DNA of 64,000 bases from Anthoceros angustus. Taxonomy: Eukaryota; Plantae; Anthocerotophyta. This document shows positions 12,941-25,127 of the stretch, piece by piece. The notes below the pieces were generated by a model, which ran no database searches, was not told the origin of the DNA, and saw nothing but the letters and a program-made list of their open reading frames with translations. The DNA lies in NCBI GenBank assembly GCA_010909165.1, contig MU008159.1, positions 1,240,001-1,304,000 on the forward strand, given 5' to 3'. Numbering within the stretch: the stretch's first letter is position 1; every line of letters begins with the position of its first letter. A program made the position numbers and the translations under genes.

Positions 12941-15900
12941 TAGTCTCGGAAACCCCGTTAAAATGTGCACAAGTGAATTTTTGTTTTTTGGTCGAGAGTG
13001 GTGAAAATAAGTCGATTGACGGTAGTTGGGGATATTCATAGTAAAAATGTCCTTGGCCTATGGAGTTCTTTTGTTTTATTGCCTAGGTTAGAAAATAAAT
13101 GGTCCGAATTTGGTGTTCCTTGGCCCATGGACTCGGAATGTTCCCTAAAGTCTATATATGTGAGATAGGGGGTTTGGAATAATTAGAGTCTATAAGTTGG
13201 GGTCGACCCAGAGCCGAATGAGTGTGGGGTTGTGGATTGGGATGTGGGAAGCGGTCGTGAGGTCGAGCAGGAGTAGGGGAACACAGGAAACTTAACCCTA
13301 GGAAATGAATCCCGTTCAAACAACGGAGGCGGGCGGGCCGGAGCGGTGGGCGCGGCGGCAGTGGCCGGCGGTCGAGGCGTGTCGGGGCCGTGATCGCGGG
13401 GAGGCGCGGCGCAGCGCGAAGGAGCTCGAACCCCGTCAGGCGCAGCCGGGGAGGAGGAAGGCGCAGACAGTGCTCCTTCGAGGAGGTAGGAACACAGGCG
13501 GACCCTCCGTGAAATTGCGGTGGCGTTGGTTTGTGGGCGAGAGAAGGCGTGAGAGGATGGCGCCCAAGGTCACCACCGAAATTGTGCTTGCCCAATGGCC
13601 GAACATGGATCATTGGAAAGTTCGGTGAGTGAAGGAGGCTGGGTTTCATGGAAGAGCGGTGGAATTACATGAACTGAGGCAGAGTGTCGCGTCAAGGACA
13701 AATGACCAGGCGGGGATTTAGAGCGGCCAGGATTGGGACTGGAGGTGGTTAGAAGGGTGTATGGGCGAAGCAAGGAGGAGGCGGGCGGGTTGGTGATGGA
13801 GCCGTCGAAAAGAAGCACGCAGCGGCCGCCACAGTTAAAGCGGGCGTGGTCGCACCAACGGTGGTTGTGGTTGGTAGTGATTGATGGGTCGCCGTGGCTC
13901 CTATGTTTCTGACACAAGCGGGATTATTTGTCGACCACTTCTTCTGTTCCTTCATGAAGTGGTCAAGGGGCGAAGATCGATTGGGCGAATTCTCTTGACA
14001 AGTTGTGTGAAGAGAGGTTGAACTTGATTTCCTCGCCTCGGCCCTCTCTAATCTCACCATTTGGTCCATCTTTATGTTTACGCTAGCATGCGGAGGTGGA
14101 GATTGTAGCCTCCCTCCACATGTGGAAGCCGGTTAGGGAGGTGAAATGGGCGGAGGAGGAGGAAAAATCGGATAGGCGGGAGTCGGTGGCGGCAGGCGAT
14201 TCGGAGGAGGAAATTCCCACCAAAGGAGGAAGAGGGTGAAAGGCGGCATCCGAAAAGGTGAGGCGGATGCGCGCGTCACAGTCAGCAGGCGCGCTTCTGA
14301 AAATGAAAGCCAAGCGGGTTGGAGGTGGCGAAGAGGAGGCGCGATCCGAGGACAATTTCTTGACTGGATGCGATGATGAATCAACTCCGGGAGGTTTAGG
14401 GGGCGACCTCGAGGCGGACCCTCCTCGGCATGGGAAGAGATTTTCAAGGGACTCCAGCAGCGGTGGATGCAACCGAATTGGTGAGGTGCGCACCTGGGAG
14501 GAAAGTTCTCGAGGAGGATGGCGTCTGCGGGCCGCCACAACAAGTGGACTTGCGGGGAGACCACGTCGATGATCCGGGCCCAAGCAGTTTGTTGGATCAA
14601 GCGGCTTTAGCTCTCACGCTCGTGTGCGGGCGGAGGAAGTGGTGAAGGCCGGGTTTGAGGAGGCCAAGCGCAAACAGCGGAGGAAGACAAGCGGAACCTA
14701 GGAAATAAGGGCCAAGATTCAAGAAGATTTGTGCAGGCCCGGAGAAGTTGCAAGCCATGGAGCGAGGAAGCACTCATGGCTCAAATTAAGGATGCCCAGG
14801 CGAACCGGGAGATGCGGGGAGTTGTTGCGAGCCCAGAGGCGAGGCGGCCTCGGTGGAAAAGGCCCATAAGCTAGCGGAGCGATATAAGCGGAGGCGGGAT
14901 GAGGCACGTGGCGGGCGAGAAAAGACAAAGGGAAGGGGCGGGTAGCAGGACCACGGTGGGCGGAAGGGCCTCAGCGGAAGGCGACAAGAGGTGGCGAAAC
15001 CTCACCTACATGTTCTTTGAGCGAACGTCGTGGAGTCCACTACATGAGTGGTCGAAACCGCTACCGACATTGGCGCAACCAACCCGGCGGGGCGGCAGGC
15101 GACGTGGCGCCTCGCGAGGACATAGGCCGAGCAACCGGTGTAGCCTACGGGAGGAGGGGTAAGCACCTCGCAGTGGGTCCTATTATATTCGGCACATGGA
15201 TGAGGAAACTTATGTGCCTGGTCTATATGTGAATGGAGGCTTAACCTCACCCATGTGCGTGTGGAAATAGGAGGGATCGGGGCCTACCTCACAAGTGAGG
15301 ACCCGGTGCATACTTCTGCGCCGGGTGTGGGGTTGGCTCCCTATTATCGGAGGCGACTTTGGAGGAGTTGAGCGAGGAGGAGGTCCAGCTTGGGTGGACG
15401 AGAGCCAGTAATCCTCGGCAATAGGCGGCGGCGGAAGATGCGGAAGCCCAGGCGGTACACCTCAAATTGACAGCGGTGGCGTGAGGTGGAAGTAGTGTGG
15501 GAGAACTGTCCGACCAGGCGTGGCGGGGAGCTCGTGGCGGCAATGGAGGGGTGGCAGACAGCCAAGTCGAGGTAGGGCGCGAGATAAGTGAGGTGGTAGC
15601 AACCTAAAGATAATTTGGTTAGGATCTTGCTTGGACCTAGGATCGCTCCGAATTGTGGGCGCGTCTCGCGATAGCCATCTTAGGACCTAAAATCCGGCGG
15701 TGCCCCGGCCGATGTATAAGAGGCGAATTAGGTCCCTCACGCGAGATAACTGGTTGAGATCCCCGCCCTGTGGCTGGTTGGAGACGTCCGAGGTGGAGTG
15801 GTGTCGCGAGGCGCTCCTAGGGGTGGTCGAGAGCTTGCTCCATGTTGGGGAGGAGGGTGATAAAGCAATCTTCGACAAAGGAGGAGGAAACCAGATTGGC

Positions 15901-16620
15901 GCGGGCGGGTAGCTTGCTCTGCTTGCCTTTTTGTGGGGGTTCTTCTTTCCTTCACTTGTCCTAGTTGTGTTCGAATTGAGAGAAGTGTTGAGTGGATGGT
16001 TGGAAGCTGAGGCGGTTGAGAGAGAGAGAGAGAGGAGAAGATTGGGTGAAGGAGTGGTGACTCAGCGATCACGAGTGTGTGAGAGGGTTGAGAAGGGAAC
16101 TAATTGAGAGGCTAGGATTTGTGTGAATCCAAAAAACCGGTGTCCTGGTGGAAGTCTAGGGGCAGCGTTCCTTGTAGTTGTGAGTGTGGCGCCTTTGTGT
16201 GTGTGGGCGGTGAGGATTTGTGGAATTTAGGTCCCTAGGAATCGGTGTGTGTGTGCATGGAAGTGTGGAGTCGAGAATAAAGCGGATCCGTGGTGGGCGT
16301 GAGATCCGTCGCCGTCTTGAAATAAATCGCTAGGGTTTGGGTGTGGGACCCACCTCGGTGGTCGAAGCAACTACCGGTGAGAACCAGCATGATCGTGGAA
16401 GATTCTTGATCGTGGAATAAAAGTGGTAAGACAAGTCGAGTAGTAGTAGTGGTTGAGTAGATGGGTAAGAGGAGTAATAGCAAGTAAGTCTTGACTTAGG
16501 TGAAGGTCGATGGCGATAGAAGTTAGCGTCTCTTGGCACAAACCATTCCCTTGGGAGGCGAATCCTAAGCCTACTAGCGACATTGAGGGTGAATGTGGAC
16601 CTCACGGTGTCCTCGACACG
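12941..16620. repeat. ~3.7 kb coding cassette, copy 2 (direct, diverged)
   Basis: Shared blocks with copy 1, e.g. attgtgcttgcccaatggcc, gcgggattatttgtcgaccacttc, ggatcttgcttggaccta, agcgtctcttggcacaaa. Confidence 0.9.
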
Positions 16621-16836
16621 AATCCACACTCCACAAGACCCGAATCTCATTATAAAGCCAATGCATGCAACGAACCTGGTGTTCGGGGAATGCCTCCGGG
16701 AGGCGGTGACGTGTTATGCTCGCATTGGAAAGTAATTCGAGGGAGGTTAAGCGGCGGCATGAAGGCGTGGATCATAAAGGCAAAAAGTTAAATGTGATAC
16801 AAAGCGACTTTACATTCGGGTTTACGGTGTCGTCAT

Positions 16837-18706
16837 TTGCGAGAGGTTGAGAGAGAGTACCCAAGGCACTCGGCGGCGGATGATGTCGCAAAGTTTCAGG
16901 TTTTCGACCACATCGTAAGTTATTCTCGTTGCTATCGGGTAATGTGGATTAGGGTGCGCACTTGTTTGCGCATCCCCATCAGCGTCAAATTTCACAATGC
17001 TTTTTGGTACTACGAGACTTTGAAAGCGGTAGAGTACAAAGAAAAGTCATTCGAGATAACTTCAAAGAGCATATCATGACAAGGAGGCGGAAGAGGTGGA
17101 AGACCTTCGGAGAGAATTAGCGAGAGGAGGACAACAATGCTAAACTATCACGTTCCAAGTCCCAAAAGCAAGCAGAAGTCGGTACCAAGTAATTCTGGTG
17201 ATATTCGCGAAATGGCGGCTATCTTGGAAGCGGGAATACAAAGCTGCTGGTTGTTGATTTGCCAAGAGGAATGTCGAATCAGGGATCGGGAGATGACATC
17301 CGAAGATTATGAAAAATCATGGATGGGTTCATAGCGATGATGCAAAACCTTTCGAGTGGTATTTATGCATGGTCGGATCGGATCTGCGGGGCGTTGAATC
17401 GCGTAAATGGTGCGTAGCGGTGTGTATACCATGGTGTGGGAGAAAGATAATTTGATTGCGGATGAAGGTCTATATGAGAATTGCGATACTTTACGGTAGG
17501 GTATGGTGTCCACCCTACGAAGATATGAGGAAATGCGATGTTGTACAGCAGCTTGAGGAGATTGGAGCCATGCCGCTTTCATTAGACAGTCGTGAAGAAA
17601 CTTTTGAATGTGTCAAGCGATGGACATGTTGTAAACCCTTACCGAGAAACCAATAGGGCTTATGGTTACGCTTTATGACCTTTTCACGGAGAGAGGTGAG
17701 GTAATAGATGGGTGCTCGAGCGGTATATTGGCAGCATTATTGGAAGGCCGCAATTGCATCGCCATCGACCGAGCAAAGCACCATTTTCATTGATCAGCGG
17801 ATAACGGGGCATGAGGTTTTCCCCTGATGAGGAAGAATTGACAACCAAACCACATAAGCGAGGCATCCGGTTTTTGCAAAGGAGTGGAAGGTCTATATGA
17901 GAAATTGCGAGTACTTTCTGAGGGTATGGTGTCCACCCTACGATCGAAGATATGAAATGCGATCTGTTGTGCAGTGATGCGAGGGAGATTGAGCCATGCC
18001 GCCTTCATTAGACATGGCGCCGTCGTGAAGAAACTTCAATGTGTCAAAGCGATGGACATGTTGTATGCCCTGCAATCCAAGCAGGGCTTATGGTTACGCT
18101 TTATGACCTTTTCACGGAGAGAGGGAGTGAGTAATAGATGGGTGCTCAGCGGCAGATATTGGCGACATTATTGGAAGGCACTGGTGCATCGCCATCGACC
18201 AAGAGCAAAGGAGCACCATTTTCATTGATCAACGGATAACAGGGCATAAGGTTTTCCCCAGTGATGAGGAAGAATTGACAACCAAACCCCATAAGCGAGG
18301 GCATCCAGTTTTTTTTGCAAAGGAGGTGGCAAGCGGAAGGTCTGTTAAGTCCAGGGCATCGTTTCTTCATATAACTCATGGTACTTCCGCTCCCATCGAT
18401 CTTCAGGATTTGAGTCAATCCCAGGGACCACAGAAGAAAAAGCAGAAAGCAACAACGAAGGAATCAGAAACACCAAAGAAGCGAGTCGAGGAGCAAGAAA
18501 CAGCCCTAATGGTGAAAGATCCCACCTGGGACATTCAGCATTTACAGACGTTCGGCATGGGCGGATCTATAGGGCAAACCCAACACATCAAATTCTCGCA
18601 GTTGACGATCCTCGCCTACAGTCTATCAACGATGACATTATTGTCCCGAGATCAGAAACACAAACGTTTGAGGAGTTGCCTGATTGAGAATGTGAACATA
18701 AATTAG
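16837..18706 (+). pseudogene. Beta-class N6-adenine/N4-cytosine DNA methyltransferase (N6_N4_Mtase-like) with an internal tandem duplication
   Basis: Motifs in order: GDIREMAAILE; KLLVVDLPRG (motif IV position, 17256); MVWEKDN; ENCEYFL; VNPY-EKPIGLMVTLYDLFTERGE-VIDGCS-SG-ILAALLEGRNCIAID (motifs X-I-II, ~17630-17770). Confidence 0.75.
17464..18335 (+). repeat. Tandem duplication (~420-450 bp) of the MTase C-terminal half
   Basis: Units are 17464-17886 and 17887-18335; both begin gaaggtctatatgag. Confidence 0.85.
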
Positions 18707-18807
18707 GGTTTGGCGGTAGGCGGGCGCACATGTTTGCGCCAATGTAATATTTTTCACGATATACACAAGTCCACAAGGTGGACTACGGTTTCATCTTGTC
18801 ATTATTG

Positions 18808-21800
18808 GGAAGAGGCGCCGAAGGGACTTGGAACGGAGTGGTACGAAGCGAGGGAGGAGAAGGCGGATCTGGAGGTACTGGAAGTGTCAACCCGAAGCCG
18901 CCGGAAGGAGCGAAAGGAGAGGAGGCAGTTTAAGAGGAAGAAAAATGAAGACAGCCCAACGGATACGGAGGACGGGACACCTGCAAAGGAGGCAACTCCA
19001 GCTAAGGAAGGAGAGTTAAATCAGACAGCTCTGCCAGCGGAGGCCGCCGGTCAGAAGCCTCCGGAAACGTTGGGAGAAACGGACCCACCCAAAGCAACAC
19101 CTCAGTTTCCACCGGATGTGGCCCGAGAAGTGGCGGAGATGCTTCAGGAAGAGATCCGACAGGACCCAGGAGTGGTCCACCACCAGGTGTCTTGGAGGCT
19201 GGAGGACTCGAGGGCGCACGGAGGAGCCACCCACCTTTTCAAGGTGCCGACGATGATGGATCAACAACATTTGGTAACGAGGCGGTTGTTAAAGACAGGC
19301 ATCGGCAGAAGTCCGAGGGCCATCGAGGAGACACAACCACGGAAACCCCTTGAGTCGAAAGGACAAGAATGTGGAGGTAAGGGTAGTGTCTCATACGGAC
19401 CGGGCGATGGTTCGTAGAAATTGGTGTGTGATCAAGAACCTCGATACGGGTCGAGTGAACCTCATCACGGAAGCCACCGCACGGTTGGGGTTCAGCTTTG
19501 AGCCATCCACCAAAACCCTTGATGGCGGATATGTCGCGGCGCCGGGGAGTTGTAGTCCAAGCCACCATAGCGGAGCCCCTATACATTGGACTTGGTCATC
19601 GGACCCGCCCGGACCCTGCAGTGAGTCTGGGACGTCCGTGGCTGCTCGGACAAAGTTACACTTGGCAGAAGGAAATCCACTTCAAACCCGTGGATTGGGA
19701 TCCAAGGTCGAGAGGGAAGGGTGGCTCTCACTTGGAGTAAGGATACATCTGTGGGGAAAGCTGAGCACCACGGTACACGCCCGGATAACGGATGATGAAA
19801 GGGAAGACATGACGCCCACCCTTTCCCCAAAATCACATGGTCGAGGAGGAGATGGATTGGGAGGATGCCTTTGGAGCGGAGGTGGACGAGGAGGTCGCGT
19901 CGGTGGCTTGCAGTGACACAAAGAGGCAGGCGGCGGTGAAGAGGGTCCAGAAAGATGAAGAGGTGGGGGCGGGAAGTAACCCGCTCACCTCGGACGAACT
20001 CTTGAGAATGGGGATGCGAGAGGACGATCCCGAGTGGAGGGAGGGTTTGGGCCGCGAGGCAAACGAACGGGAGACGTGAACCCGGACGGCGTGGAAGAAG
20101 TCGGCCGAGGCAAATTCTGAAGTTTAAAAAGGTATGCCTCCGGACTGAAGGACTAAAGCATTTCTGGGGAGTTTTGAGGTGTTCGCCTTCAAGGTCACGG
20201 ACATGAAGGGCATTGAAGAAGTGGGGAGAGCATAAGATCGATTTGAAGCCGGGAGCGGTGCGGTCAATCCGACAATACAAGCTCAACCCCAAGTATTCGA
20301 TCAAGGTGAAGGAGGTCCTTGATAAGTACAGGCGACATCATTTTCCCCATAAATCGTCGAGTGGGTTCGCGGGTGTGGTGGTCCCAAGAAAGCAGCCGGG
20401 ACAAATTCGGGTATGCCAAGATTGGAGGAAGCTCAAGCGCGGAGAAGGACCACTTCCGATGCCATTCGTGAGCGACATTTTGGACAAGGTGGTGGACGGA
20501 CTACTTACTCCTTCTGGATGGCTACTCGGATACAACCAATTGCACCTAAGGGAGTCGATTTGGGACAAGGCGACCTTCACTACTGAGTGGCGTTTGCCTA
20601 CAAGAGAAGTGCCTTTGGGATGGCCGGGCCGGTCGTTCATGCGTATGGTGACCAACGTCTTAGTGACTTCGAGGGACTTCATGGAGATATTCCTGGATGA
20701 TTTTTGTGTGCATGGGGAGCAGGACAAACACCTTGGACATCTAAGAAAGTGCTTGGAGCGCTGCCGGGAGACTCAATTGAGCCTACACCCGGAGAAATGC
20801 TACTTTGGAATGACGGAGGGAATCTTGCTGGGACATCGGGTGTCGGCGCGGGGAATCGAGGTGGACCAGGACAAGGTCCGGGTCATCCAGTCTCTCCAGC
20901 CGCCGACGAACCTAAAGGAGCTGAGAGGTTTCCTGGGAATGGTGGGATACTACCGCCGGTTTATTAAGGACTTTGCGAAGAGGGCGGCTAAGTTGGCGGA
21001 ACTCTGCGGAAGGAGGAGGTTTGGACACGGTCTCGGAGAGAGGAGGCCTTGATTCTGAGAACACCTTGGTAAGCGCAGGAGGGATGAGCAAGAAATTTCA
21101 TGTATGTGATGTTTTTGCTATCGGAGTAGTCTTGAGCGGAAGGACGACAAGCGGGATTATCCGTATACTACGCGGACGGCGGCTCACCCAGCGCAATACA
21201 CAACTACTGAGGCCGAAGCCTTGGGTATGGTATATCTTGTCAAGAAATTCCGACACTACACTGCGGTGAGTTTGTGTTCTATGTAGACCACTTTGTTGAA
21301 GCATCGGTGAATAAGGCGGACTGTCCGGACGGATAGCAAGGTGGATATTGTTGCTGCAGGAGTTCACGTTTGAAGTGGAAACAAGAGGGCACCAAAATCG
21401 ATTTCTGTCACGATTGAAAACACGGTGTTGAGAGATCGGAAGATGCGTTCCGGATGAGACATTGGTTGCCGATAAAAGTACAACCGGAGGCCCGGCCGAC
21501 CGAACCCCAAGCTACGAGCGGCGTAGCGAGCGGAGAAGGGAGGGTCGCGCCGTCCACCTACGAAGAAATGAGGCGGTACCTCGGGAATGGAGCTTCCGAA
21601 AATCGACTCGTGGGCGGAGGAGGCATTCGTGCACTATGCTCGACCCTTGAGAATGTACAACGGTGTGTGTTCAAATTAGGGCGGACGGAGTAGAGCGAAG
21701 GTACTTGGCCAGAGAGGCAGGAGGCGGTCGTCGAGGAATGCACGAAGGATTGGGGGAGGACACTACGAGTCACCACCAAAAGATTTTAGGCGGGATCTTG

Positions 21801-24240
21801 GTGGCCAACAATGTATGGGGACACCCACCGGTTTGTGAAGAAGTGTGATGCGTGTCGTGGATCGGAAGCCGACTCCCACAACAATGGCCGTTGGTGCCCA
21901 TCGCACTAGCGCCTTTTGAGAAGCATCGACTTCTGCTGATACACACACAAAAGCGGTACATTTGGTGGCAACGGACTCACCACGGTGGGTAGAGGCGCAG
22001 AGCGGACTCGCAAGCACGGTGGCAAAGTTCCTTTATGAGAACATCATCACGCGGCATGGGTGTCCGCTGCGGTGAGTGATAGAGGACTCATTTCCTCAAT
22101 GATGTGATCACGCATGACGGACTATTTTGGCATCACACATGAGAGCGCCCTACAACCCAAGGCTAATGGGTTGACGGAGAAGACCAATGGACTCATCTGC
22201 GATCACGAATAAACTTACGGTTAACTATGCACGATAGGATACCAAGTTGCCATCGCCTCGGCAGGAGAAGGTAACCACGCGAACTCGTATTACCTAACCT
22301 ATGGGCATTCCCGTTATGCCGGTGGAGTTTGCGGTACCAACGCTACGGATTATGATGGAGGCGGTTAGCGGATGAGAGAGCCTGGGCGCTTGGGGTTTGT
22401 CCAACACACGGAGGGTCGGGAAGAGGCACAACGGATGCAAAACCAGAATCAACGCAAGCGTGGCATGGCAGCGCCCGGAATCGGGAGTATGTGAAGGCGG
22501 GAGATTTGGCCTCCTTTATGATATATGCACTTTCGGGCAAACTTCACTTGAGGTGGATGGGTCCTTACCAAGTGGTGCAGTGTGCAAATGGGTCCGTTCA
22601 ACTCGGCCTGATGGATGGATTGCCAACCCGGGTGAGCGGGTGGCGGGTGAAAATACCATGCTAGTGTTGGCGGAGGCATGCAGATGAGAAAGGAGTATGT
22701 GGGCTGGACTTCCCTTGGGGTTAGGAAATAAGTGGGGTTTTGTTTTTTTGTAGGTTGGAATAGTAAAATAAAGGCGGAAAGGAGGAATAAGCACGGATGG
22801 CCTTGGACGGGACTTGGAGTAAACAGCGGACCACTCCGGACTAAGCGGACCACTCCGGAGTAAGCGGACCCGTGACTGCCGACTCGGACTACACTCTGAC
22901 AAGTCAGGAAGCTCGGATACCCTTGGTCTGGCAGGGGTAAGTCAGGACCCCACTAGTCGAGCAGGATAAGCACCGGGAAAGCAACTTTGAATTGAGTCGG
23001 GAGGACGGACTGGAGGCACCACGTCACCCTCGGCGGGAGGCGGACTTCGAGGTCAGGAAGGCGAGGCGAGGAAGAAGGCCCGGGGATAGTGTGCAGGGAC
23101 CTTGGGGGCGTTGTTGACGGAGCGGGTGAGAGGAGCAGCGGAGGAGGCGGGAGGCGGCGAATGTGGCGGAGGCACCCACCTCACCATGGAAGAAGGGGGC
23201 CGAGGGAGTCGCTTGGGCGATCGGGGGCAGCGGAAGGACTCAGGGAGAGCCACGGAGGTCCCGTGAGGAAGAAACCGGAGTTCGGACCACGGTCCGGACT
23301 CTGAAGGAAAACCGGACCACAGTGGGACCTCGGAAAGGAAGGCCGGACCACAGGTCCAGGACCCAGAGACAAGGTCCGGACCTAGGCGGACTCGGGAAAT
23401 AAGGCGGACTCTGAGTTGGGAGTCGAGGCAGGACCTCGAGGTCCGAGCTGCGGCGATGAGGAGGGCGCCGACTTACGCTAGGGAGGCGGAATGGTGTGGC
23501 CCCGGCCGAGGACCAGGGAGGCCGAGGGAGGATGAGCGTCGTAATGTGGCGGTTGTCGGTGCCCGATAACGAGTTGCGGGAGGAGGGCCCGCCTCACGGA
23601 TCATCCGATTAGGCGCCACAGCGGGAGATTGGACCACCCATCCGAGCGGAACCAGAATCTTCCAGCCCACCGCCAGAGGAGATAGGAGGAAATAGGATGG
23701 TAGGCGGCGATTAGGGCATCTTGGGCTGGCCGCCATCCGAATAGGGGTGTAATAAAGGCCGACCTTGGGGGCGTAGTATAAGAGAGGCCGCTCTAGTAAA
23801 TATCTTTCTCTTGGTGTTGATGCCGCGTTCTTGCGGACCCTTGGGCGTCTTCACGCGAGTCACAGCGAGCGCGACGACTCGGGAGGCAGTCAAGGTCTGA
23901 TGACGGACTTAACGTGGTGGTGTGCGAGGGAAGGGCGGTGAGGACCCTTGTTCGTCGAGGCGGTCCAGCGTCGGCCGGACGGAGCGTGTGAGCCGGAGGT
24001 ACCGGGAGGTGTGCGAGCCGGACGGAGGCCCGGCGGAGCGTAGAGGTCTGACGTATGCCACTTGCGTTCTTTCCAAGGTGGATAAGCGTAGAGAGGCGAT
24101 GAGGAGGAGCAATTTGAAGAAGCAGTGACGAGCAGGCGGACAAGCGGTCCTTAAACGTTTGGCCACCGGGCTGTTCGGTGAACGCGTTATAAATAGCTGG
24201 TGTAAGCGAAGATTGAGTGTGTTAAGGTGAAGTGGACCGA
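18808..24240 (+). mobile_element. 5'-truncated Ty3/gypsy LTR retrotransposon (end of gag, PR, RT, RNase H, IN, probable 3' LTR region)
   Basis: HYWEE-PK knuckle end; LDTG..VNLI protease (~19440); RT with HKIDLKPG, LLGYNQ, DKATFTTEW, IFLDDF (~20690) and LRGFLGMVGYYRRFI; RNase H GRIARWILLLQEF; integrase with GCP..SDRGTHF.N and NPKANGL.E. Domain order is RT-RH-IN. The right boundary is uncertain. Confidence 0.85.
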
Positions 24241-24347
24241 AGAAGGTGAGAATCGGTGAGCCGCAAAGCAGCTATCATTCTCTTGGGACTCCATACCACA
24301 ACGACACGGGATTGCGCGCGCTGTCCATCAGTGAAAGTCGCGCCCGT

Positions 24348-25127
24348 GGCACCTCGACTTCATTGCCGCATTTAGTGCGAAGGCTCTTTTCGGCACGCAG
24401 CCCTTGGTGTATCAGTCTTGGCATCCACTTCTCATCCACCTTGCGCATCTCCTCCTCCTCCCGGCTGGGCGTCACGCCCCTCGGTGTGAGAGCAATAGCC
24501 CAGCGGCGCAGGCGTGTTCGATTTGCAAATTTGGCGGTGGTCGGATGCATGTCATTCGAACGGGTGGCCATGAGTCGGCACTCAATTATTGATCTCATTT
24601 GGGAGATGCACACACAACTCTCGTAGTTTTAGAGGATGATTCACGAGGCTATGGCGGCGCGTCGGCGGGCATAGTCCTTGAAGAGACACTGGTGGCAGAC
24701 TTCAACGGTGGAGGCGATGGCGATGTCGTGTTCCGGATATGGAGAGCGGAGGATATGGTTGCCCGATGGCGACCTTTTCTGTCGATCCGTGCGATGCGGG
24801 GCGGAGAGGATCGCACAAGAGAACTCGTGCAGCGTTTAACCGGATGTCCGGTGCTCGGCAGACGCGACGCGAGGGCCGACCGTGCCACGAGGCGGCACAC
24901 GGCACCATCCATCCGGACTTCTTGATCACCCGGTGGCGGCGCATCGCGAAGATGTACCTCGGCGCATTTGGCGGCGGATAACACCGGACGCCTGCCGGGT
25001 CGGCCTCCGGCGGATCGTGGGTCGAGAATACTATCGAGAATGTGCTACACGGAGAACCTGGGCAAGACTACGATGTGGAGTGTTGCGAGTCTCCGGACTT
25101 TGGTGAGAAGATCCACATTGTTGATTT
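24348..25127. repeat. Segment X, copy 2
   Basis: Homologous to 1414-2251 and joins directly to the MTase copy at ttgttgattt. Confidence 0.85.

Noticed and set aside
8553-16620. Long direct repeats interpreted as LTRs or as a DIRS/tyrosine-recombinase element
   Set aside because: No TG...CA ends, PBS, PPT, RT or recombinase motifs were found, and the substitution pattern indicates protein coding.
16837-18706. Bacterial contamination as the source of the MTase
   Set aside because: It is multi-copy, embedded among eukaryotic LTR elements and transposases, and has no operon or restriction enzyme context.
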